NCBI GenBank assembly: GCA_001724265.1
Contig: MEDY01000009.1
Location: forward strand, 248,001 to 282,264
Direction of reading: 5' to 3'
Source of the DNA: Rhizaria sp. SCN 62-66
Lineage: Eukaryota
Length of the DNA: 34,264 nucleotides
Both the position numbers and the translations under genes were made by a program. Below, piece after piece: positions 22,901 to 30,833 of this stretch (within the stretch, counting starts at the first letter, position 1; the number at the start of each line of letters is the position of its first letter). The notes under the pieces are model-generated. The model was not told the origin of the DNA. It ran no database searches and saw only the letters and a list, made by a program, of their open reading frames with translations.

Positions 22901-25427
22901 GCTGGAGGACGGCGCGACGCAGCGCATCATCGCCGTCGCGCCCATGGGCGTGGCCCCCGAATCGCCGCAGCTCGTCGCGACGCCCGTGCCCGCCAGCAAG
23001 GTCACAGCCTACCCTGCCAAGGCGGCGTCCGAGCTCCTGCTCGCGCTATCGGGCACGTCCTACTTCGGCCCCACCGTCGTGCCCGCCGTCCCGCGCCTGC
23101 GCGTGGCGTCGGGCGCCTCGGTGTCCTCGCGCCCCGAGTCGCGCCCCGCGTACTTGCGCGGCGCGCCGGAGCTCTCGGGCGCGCCGGGCGGCCTCACGCG
23201 CGGCTCGCCGTATTTCCACCCCATCACGGCGGTCAACAACTACAACCACACGTCGCCGCCGCTCATCGCAGTCGTGCGCTTCTTCGAGCTCGACCCCGAC
23301 GCCATGTACCAGCCGCGTTTCTACGACCACACCGGCACCGCCGGCAGCGCGCGCGCCACGGCTGCGGCCGCCGCGGGCGGGCCCTGGCGCAGCGGCTTCG
23401 GCCGCCTGCTGCTGTCGGTCACCACGACGCTGCCGCAGACGATCGCGCCGTCGACGAGCGACATTGTCGCCGCGATCGGCTTCCCCGCCGCCACGGACCC
23501 GCGCTCCACGGTGCTCGTCGACGTCGAGATGCACCTGGGCGATGTGCCGGCCCCGGTCCGCGACGCCATCGCGGCCGACATCCTCGCCTCGGCCACCGCG
23601 ACGCGGTCCCGCAACAGCGCGGCGGGCCGCGGCACTCTCGGCGGCCACGTCATGCGGACGGACCCCGCCGCGCCCTTCGCCACGGGCAAGGCCGCCGGGT
23701 CGCCGCTGGAGCCCGCCGTGGAGGCGTACCTGCTCGCGCTGTGGCGCGCGCGCGCCGAGGGCACTGCGGGCGCGTCGCTGCCGCTGGTCGACGTCGATAC
23801 GGGGCTGCATGCGCTGGGCATGTCGCGCCAGAACGGCTGGGAGCTCCACGATTGCTCCGACGAGGATGGCGTGCGCGGCATGCGCGCCCTCACCGGCCAG
23901 GCGCATCTGCCCAGCGTGCCCGCCGTGGCCGCCTTCTCAGCCTCTCCCGCCGCGACTGCTGCGGCGGCTGCGGCCGTGTCGGACGACAGCAGCGCGCTGA
24001 CCGCGGGCCTCGCCGCGCAGCCCTCGCTGCACCCGCACGCGCAGCGCGCTCTGGCGGACGAGCTCATTGCTGGCGGCAGTCAGGGCGCGATGCCATGTGT
24101 CGCGGCCTCCGCGCTCGTCGGCTCCGGGCTCTACGACTACCAGCACACCGACGCGGCGTCCACGGCGCTGCCCGCCGGGCTTGTCCCCGACGCCGTCAGC
24201 GCCGTGTGCCCCGTGCGCGCGCCCGCTGCGGCGCTGTCGGCGTGGCAGGCGCCCTGGGCCATGGCCGAAGGCTCCGCAATCATCGGCGCCGTCAAGAGCG
24301 ACAACATGCACATCACCGCCATCGTGCCCTCGCTCGACCCCAACGGCGCGCTTGAGCACCGCGGCGGCGGCGGCAACCGGGGCGGAGCAGGCGTGCGTGC
24401 GCGCGCGAGCCCGCCGGCCCCCGTGGCCGCGGCGCCGCTGCCCGCGCTGACCCGCGACGAGGTCGCCTCCGTGGGCATGTGGCGCGTGTGCACTGCGTAC
24501 CTCAACGCCTCCGCCGGTGCGCAACTCGGCCAGGGCAAGCCCTCCGCGCGGCTGCGCTTCCCGCTCCCGTCGACCGCGACGGCGGCGTCGGTGGCTCGCA
24601 TCTACCGTCCCACGCTGCTGTCGCGCTCGCAGTACTTTCTTAACACGCCCGCCGTGCACAGCAACAGCCACGCCGTGCACCCCGCCCTTGCGCGGCTGCG
24701 GCGCTCGCCGCACGCCTGGGCCTCGGTCAACGGCACCGTCACGCACACGGCCCTTCTCCCGTCGCTGCTGACGCCCGCTGCGCTCGACACCGCGGCCGCA
24801 CGTGCGGGCCAGTCGCGCGTGGTCGCCACAGGCGCGGGCGCGCTCACCCCGGCCATGCTGCGCGCGCGAGTGCCCGCCGCGGTGGGCGCCGCGTTGCTTG
24901 CCCGTGCCGAGACGCGTCTGTTCGGCAACGCCCCGATGCCCGCAGCCGCGCACAGCCGCGACGTGGTGTGGACGGTGCGGCTCGAGGCCCCGCGCCGGGA
25001 CGCCGACGGGCCGCCGCGGCCAAACGAGATCGCGACGGACGCCGCGATGGCGTCGACCCCCGCGCAGGCGCTCCCGCTGCCCGGCGCGCAAAACCTCGCG
25101 TTTAACGTCGAGGTGACGGTGCTGCGGCCCGGCGTCACGCTCGCGCACGTCGCCTCGACGGGCAGCGGGGACACGCCGCCCGAGGAGCTGCGCTTGCTGC
25201 CCGCGCAGGTCTCTGACGGGCACTTCTCGCTGCTGCCCGGAGAGCCGCACTTGGTGACGGTACGCGTCCGCCGCGAGATTATTGTCGCCGCCGTGGCCAG
25301 CGCGGCCGCGGCGGGTGGCGCGGGTGCCGGTGAGGCCGCGGCGGGGCAGTGCGGCTCGCTGATGCTGCAGGGGTGGAACCTCAAGAAGATGCTCGTGCCA
25401 CTGCCATGTGTGCATCCTGCAAAGTAA
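13920..25427 (+). CDS. Giant glycoside hydrolase family 2 protein (mannosylglycoprotein endo-beta-mannosidase-like), predicted type II membrane protein, 3835 aa, single exon
   Basis: GH2/EBM motifs in the expected order: [107 protein letters not shown] (acid/base E2224, 20589), FNPELG (nucleophile E2310, 20847), [33 protein letters not shown]. Hydrophobic helix at about 14553-14651. Ends TAA. Confidence 0.9.
   Translation: [3835 protein letters not shown]
13968..14078 (+). repeat. CAG-rich coding repeat (poly-Gln) at the GH2 N-terminus
   Basis: Interrupted CAG/CAA run encoding [37 protein letters not shown]. Confidence 0.85.
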
Positions 25428-26479
25428 TCATCACTGAGCAGCTGTGATGCGCGAAGCAACGTCCTACTTTTGAGGACTAAACTCCTAATATTTCTTTCTG
25501 CTCTTGCTAATATCTACAGCTATTCTATTATAAGCTTATCATGTGTCGTATTCGTGTATTTCTGTGTTGTAATTGGTCTTTATTTGTCGTTCTTGTTCTC
25601 TGAATGGGGTGTTTGTGTCTGAACTCTTTTCAGTTGTGATATACTTATCCTTTGCGATACAAAAAACAACAACATGAAAATCCAATTTTTCAACGTTATT
25701 TTTTTTTCCACGATGACGAACGAATGTTTCAAATGCTTGTTTATCGTGTTGAAAATGTACCCCTTCAAAAGAAAAGTGGAACGACCGAAATAGGGAAACA
25801 AGCAAAAGAAGAAGATCGAACTTGAAAAGCACTATAATCAAAATAAAATAAATGTTTTATGTAACATATTTGAAAAATATTTCTAAAAGAGATATCTCCA
25901 TCCCGAAATCTGCGTGAGTGTTGTGTAACGTGAACTACAAGTAGTAAAAATAAAGCCGCCTAAAACTAAAAGGATTACTCGTGGCTACGGAATCTTGTGA
26001 CCCACTGGTGCGATTTGAGAGCCTCATTGAAGGTCATTTAAGTGCAGATACGGTGTGTGAGGCGAGGTTTAAATGCACGCCGAGTTTGTTATGAACGCGT
26101 TTTCACTGCTAATATTTTGTGTACTCCCCTAACACTCTTGTCGTCGAGTCAAGATGACGAAGATTTGTTGACTTACTTCACTTGCTGACTCCTACCCTTT
26201 CATTTCTGCTTTGTATGCAATAGTAATGTACTTTATGCCTTGGATTGCCGCTTACGCCCCAGTTCTGGATGTCTTGGCTTTATATAGTGATGCATCGGCG
26301 AGATCTTAAACGGACTGCCACCGATCTGCCCCAGGGCAAGTTGCTCCCCACGGACCGGAACCTCAGGGCCCGGTACGTGAGTGACAAGCAGGTTGTGAAT
26401 GCCAGCAGCCCAGTCCCTCCTATTCCACCGAATAGTGAGCACGTGGACGCCATCAATAACGATGTTCCTTCCATCATAG

Positions 26480-27175
26480 ATGGCTGTCCACCCTTCGGCC
26501 GCTGTCGTTCCTGTCGCTGGCCTTGTGGCAGTTCCCTCTCCTCGCAATCCCCACGCCGCTGCTACCGAAGTCCTCAAGAAGTCAGCCCAAAATGCAGCCT
26601 CGACTGCCGCGAGCAAAGTTGCTGCGACCAACGCAGCCGCTGCCGCCGCCACCGCCGCAGCCAACGCAGCCGCTGCAGAGGCAGCAAGTGGCGATGACGC
26701 AGCAATCGCTGCCTACAAACGCCTTGCTGCCGCTGCTGTTGCCGCCACCGCCGCTGCCTTGACCGCCACCGACTAGTCTGCGATTGCTGACGAACATTTC
26801 GCAGCGACCTTCGCCGCAAATCAAGACAACTGGCATTTCGCGATGTTCTTCTCCGTAGTGCCGCAGCTGCGTAAGATCAAGGCCACGGCCCACGACATGA
26901 ACGCAAAGTTGAACTGGGCTCATGCGTCGGCGCTCGACCTAAATGCGAGGCTGGCCAAGCTTTATTCGGCGGTGGGCGACAGGAACGCGAGGCTAACCAA
27001 GATCAATTCGGTGGCTGTCGACATAAACGCGAGGCTAACCAAGATCCATTCGGTGGCGGTCGACATGAATGCGAGGCTAGACAATATCAATTTGGCGGCG
27101 GTCGACACGAACGCGAGGCTAACCAAGATCAATTCGATGTTGTTGACACGAACTAAAAGCTGGTCGCGCTGCTGA
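26480..27175 (+). CDS. Orphan Ala-rich / coiled-coil repeat protein (231 aa if TAG 26774-26776 is decoded); alternatively a pseudogene
   Basis: ORFs 26480-26776 and 26843-27175 share a frame, and the 22 codons between them are stop-free. A candidate 5' intron (GTACGT at 26373 ... ccttccatcaTAG 26479) abuts the ATG. No family recognised. Confidence 0.45.
26897..27156 (+). repeat. About six tandem 42-nt units encoding a 14-aa repeat (xNARLTKINSVAVD)
   Basis: Units start at 26897, 26939, 26981, 27023, 27065 and 27107 (41 nt), with a partial seventh at 27148. Confidence 0.9.
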
Positions 27176-27425
27176 ACACGGCTGAATGATGTTGTTGGAC
27201 GCACTTACGCACCCGCCGCGCCAGCCTGTGTAGTGATGTCATGGCCATGCCCGACACTGCAGCCGACATCGGGTCTGGCGCCGCATCTCGCACTGCCGTC
27301 GTCGTCGCAAGCCGAGCTGTAAACTGAGTGGTTGTTTGCCCACGTCTTCCCGTGTGTGTGTGACTGAATCACAAGTTTGCCGTTTCAACAGCAATAAAAA
27401 CAACAAGCCATGACTGAAGCCTCTG

Positions 27426-27428
<3 letters not shown>

Positions 27429-27462
<34 letters not shown>
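27429..27462 (+). repeat. T34 homopolymer (A34 on the minus strand)
   Basis: Counted directly; the only long homopolymer in the window. Confidence 0.95.
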
Positions 27463-27465
<3 letters not shown>

Positions 27466-28408
27466 TTGTTTGAGGTGTTCGAGAAATGTTTTGTTCTCTT
27501 ATCATTATGTACTCCGCACGAGCATCCTACAATGCATTTTTGATCGCCCTCTGGCGGTGTACTCTCGAGCTGCAGAGGTTTGTACAAAACATTACAACAG
27601 ACAGCTACACGTAACTTTAAAACGCACAACAAACGATTTCGTGTATGACACAATTTAATGCCGAAATATGCTCATGTACCTTACGACTTTCTGCATAAAA
27701 CCCCCCATGTGCCTTACCAACACCCGAACAACACATTGGAACAGCTCCGGCCGCGGGACGCCACCCCTGTTCCACTAGGTGCTGTTTGTGTGTTGCAAAA
27801 CCGTGTTTCACTGTGATAACACTGTGGTTCATGCAGCATTATTTAAATTTTCTGATCGTTTCTGTCTGCTCTCTGTGAACACCACCTTGTTACACCATGA
27901 CACAACCTTGAGACACAATGAACACTACCGTAACACTATGATACACTACGCCACACACACGCCCCTTAATGGAATAGTCAGTCATAGAAAAGGCGGCTTT
28001 TCTATTACTGACTGAATGTTAATGGGTATGACTGGTTGCTCATAGCTTTTTACATCCAAATATGTTGTAGTACATGTATCTTCCACTTTCCATGAACTTG
28101 TGGTTTCTCTCTCCGTCAAAGACTGTTCATGTCGCAGCAACCAAGACTTTATCCAGGTTGTCTCATAACAACCAGAGTGTTCAACAAAAAGAAACTTGAA
28201 AATACATGTCAAGTGCTGTGACAAATCGGGAAAACTTGTTTTATCGAATTAAAACACCATGGTCGCTCAGAAGCCAATCAAGATGTGCTGATTCTGAGGT
28301 CAAAAATAATTTGTGGTGGATTTGCACGCCAAGCACCCGCCTCATGACCGATTCGTTTATGAGAACATTTGCTTCGATATTCTGCAGAATATCACAGCTT
28401 CATTCAAG

Positions 28409-30833
28409 ATGCCTGGAATCTTTGATGGTACGTATATTTTCGCAAAATGTGACATTGATACTAGTCAATAAATTTGGCGCTTTCTTGATTTTTCCTTCAT
28501 ATCCGTTAGGGGTATCAAATGTGCAGCACCTCAACTCCATATCAACCTATTTCCTCTTCTACAACCACTCTCACTTCTCTTGAATCATCTGGATCTGACT
28601 ATTTCTTGTTACAGGCAAGAGTATCTTCATTTCGGGTACATTTTCGCAGCCCCGCGCCAAGCTTGACGAGCTCGTCCGCCGCAACGGCGGCTCCGTCACC
28701 AAGGTGATGGGCCGCGCCGCCTACGTCGTCGTCGACGTCAACACCAACACCGACTCGCTCGCCGCCGTCAAGGCCGGTCTCCCCGTTTTTACCGAGCAGT
28801 GGCTTGTTGACTCCGCCGCCGCTTCAGCGGTCAAGACTGAGGACAAGTACTACGCTTCTTCCCTCAGCACCAAGCTGCCCCCCGTCTCCGCCAACGCCAC
28901 CGCCGCCGCGCCCGCCACCGCGCCCGCCGCCGCGCCCGCTGCCCGCGGCCGCAAGCGTGCCGCCTCCCCGCCCCCCGCTGCTGCCGCTGCCGCTGCTCCC
29001 GCCGCTGCCGTTGCCCCTGCCGCTGTCGTAGCGGCCCCTGCTGCGAAGCGCGGCCGCGGCAAGGCTGCCGCCGACGCCGGCGCTGCTGCCGCCGCAGCCG
29101 CCACCGCCGCTGTTGCTGCCCCTGCCACTAAGCCCCTGACCAAGGCGGCCCTCGCCAAGGCTGCCAAGGCCGCCGCCGCCGCCGCTGCCGCACCCGCCGC
29201 TGCGGCTCCGGCCGCTGCAGCTCCAGCCGCCACTGCGGCGCCCGCTGCGAGCACACACGTGAGCGTGATCGTTAAGGGCCTGGTGCCTGTGGACCAGTAC
29301 TTCCCGATGGCGTCGTCGTACTCAGTGCACCACGACTCGGAGGGGCCGTGGGACGCGATGCTGAACCAGACTAACATCGGCCAGAACAACAACAAGTTCT
29401 ACGTGCTGCAGCTGCTCGAGAGCGACAACAAGACAGGCTGGTGCACCTGGTTCCGCTGGGGCCGCGTTGGCGTGCCCGGCCAGAACATGCTGCAGCAGCA
29501 CAGCACGCTCGCCTCGGCCAAGGCCGTGTTCCAGACCAAGTACACGGACAAGACCGTCAACCGCTGGCGCGCACCCGTTTTCTCCCCGCGCACCGGTAAG
29601 TACACGCTGATCCACCGCGACTACGGCACCGCGGCCGCCGTGGCCGCCGCCGACGCCGCCGACGCCGCCGCCGCGGGCGCCGGCAAGGCCAAGAAGAGCC
29701 TGGTCTGCGACCTGGACCCCCGCGTGCAGTCGGCCGTCTCGCTCATCTCGGACATGACGACGATGAAGAAGCAGATGCTCAGCGTGGGCTACGACGCCGA
29801 CCGCATGCCGCTCGGCAAGCTCTCCAAGACGACGCTGCGCGAGGGCCTTGCCGTGCTGTCCGAGATTGCAGACCTCTTTCCCACCACCGCCACCGGCAGT
29901 ACCGGCGCCAGCGCCAACGCGTCCCGCGCGTCGGCGGCGTCGGCGGCGAAGTCGGCCTCTGCGGTGCGCGCGGAGCTCACGCGGTTGTCGTCGCGTTTCT
30001 ACACGCTTATCCCGCACGTGTTCGGCATGAAGCAGCCGCCGGTGATCGACTCGCCGCAGATGCTGCGCGACAAGATCGCCATGGTTGAGTCGCTGAGCGA
30101 GTTGGACGCGACCGTGGAGCTGGTCAAGCAGGGCGACAAGGCCGAGCAGGAGCACCCCGTCACGGCCATGTACAAGAAGCTGCGCTGCGACATGTCCCCC
30201 GTGGCGCGCGACGGCGAGGACTGGAAGCTGGTGCACGAGTATATCACCAACACGCACGCGTCGACGCACAGCTACTACAAGCTCGAGCTCACCGACGTGC
30301 TCGAGCTGGCGCGCGAGGGCGAGACCGCGCGTTTCGACGCCGCCAAGTACAACAAGGACCACAACCGGCAGCTGCTGTGGCACGGATCGCGCCTCACCAA
30401 CTTCGTCGGCATCCTGTCGCAGGGCCTCCGCATCGCTCCACCCGAGGCGCCCGTGTCGGGCTACATGTTCGGCAAGGGCGTGTACTTCGCCGACATGGTC
30501 TCCAAGTCGGCCAACTATTGCAACGCGCGGCCCGGCGACGAGGCGTGTCTGCTCCTCTGCGAGGTAGCGCTGGGCAACCACAACGAGCTCTACCGCAGCG
30601 ACTATAATGCCAACCGGCTCCCGCCCGGCAAGCTCTCCACCAAGGGCATCGGCCGCACCTTCCCGGGCTCGACGGTGACGCGCCCCGACGGGCTCAAGGT
30701 GCCGCTGGGCAAGCCGACGACGGGCACGGTCGTGGATCAGCAGACCGTGCTGCTGTACAACGAGTTCATCGTCTACGACGTCAACCAGATCAAGATGAAG
30801 TACCTCGTCCGCGTTAAGTTCCGCAACCCCTAA
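28409..30833 (+). CDS. Poly(ADP-ribose) polymerase, BRCT - Ala/Lys linker - WGR - regulatory - catalytic (PARP1/2/3 clade, fungal PrpA-like architecture); exons 28409-28427, 28615-30833 (745 aa)
   Basis: BRCT IFDGKSIFISGTF...VRRNGG...EQWLVDS; WGR MLNQTNIGQNNNKFYVLQLL...RWGRVG; regulatory MPLGKLSK and FYTLIPH; catalytic LLWHGSR, GLRIAPPEAP..GYMFGKGVYFAD..SKSANY, LLYNEFIVY (H-Y-E triad intact). Ends TAA. Confidence 0.95.
28428..28614 (+). other. Spliceosomal intron of PARP (187 nt, phase 1)
   Basis: GTACGT donor, CTGAC branch-like site, tttcttgttaCAG acceptor; splicing completes the BRCT start MPGIFDGKS. Confidence 0.9.

Noticed and set aside
26897-27156. 42-nt repeats as a CRISPR array
   Set aside because: Units are contiguous with no unique spacers, keep a reading frame, have no cas genes nearby, and the context is eukaryotic.
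27546-27558. CGCCCTCTGGCGG, resembling a CTCF site
   Set aside because: Single occurrence, and CTCF is an animal protein with nothing here suggesting an animal genome.
27369-28583. Short ORFs between the orphan gene and PARP as genes or reverse-transcriptase fragments
   Set aside because: AT-rich, lacking this genome's exon codon bias, with no RT, endonuclease or transposase motifs recognised.
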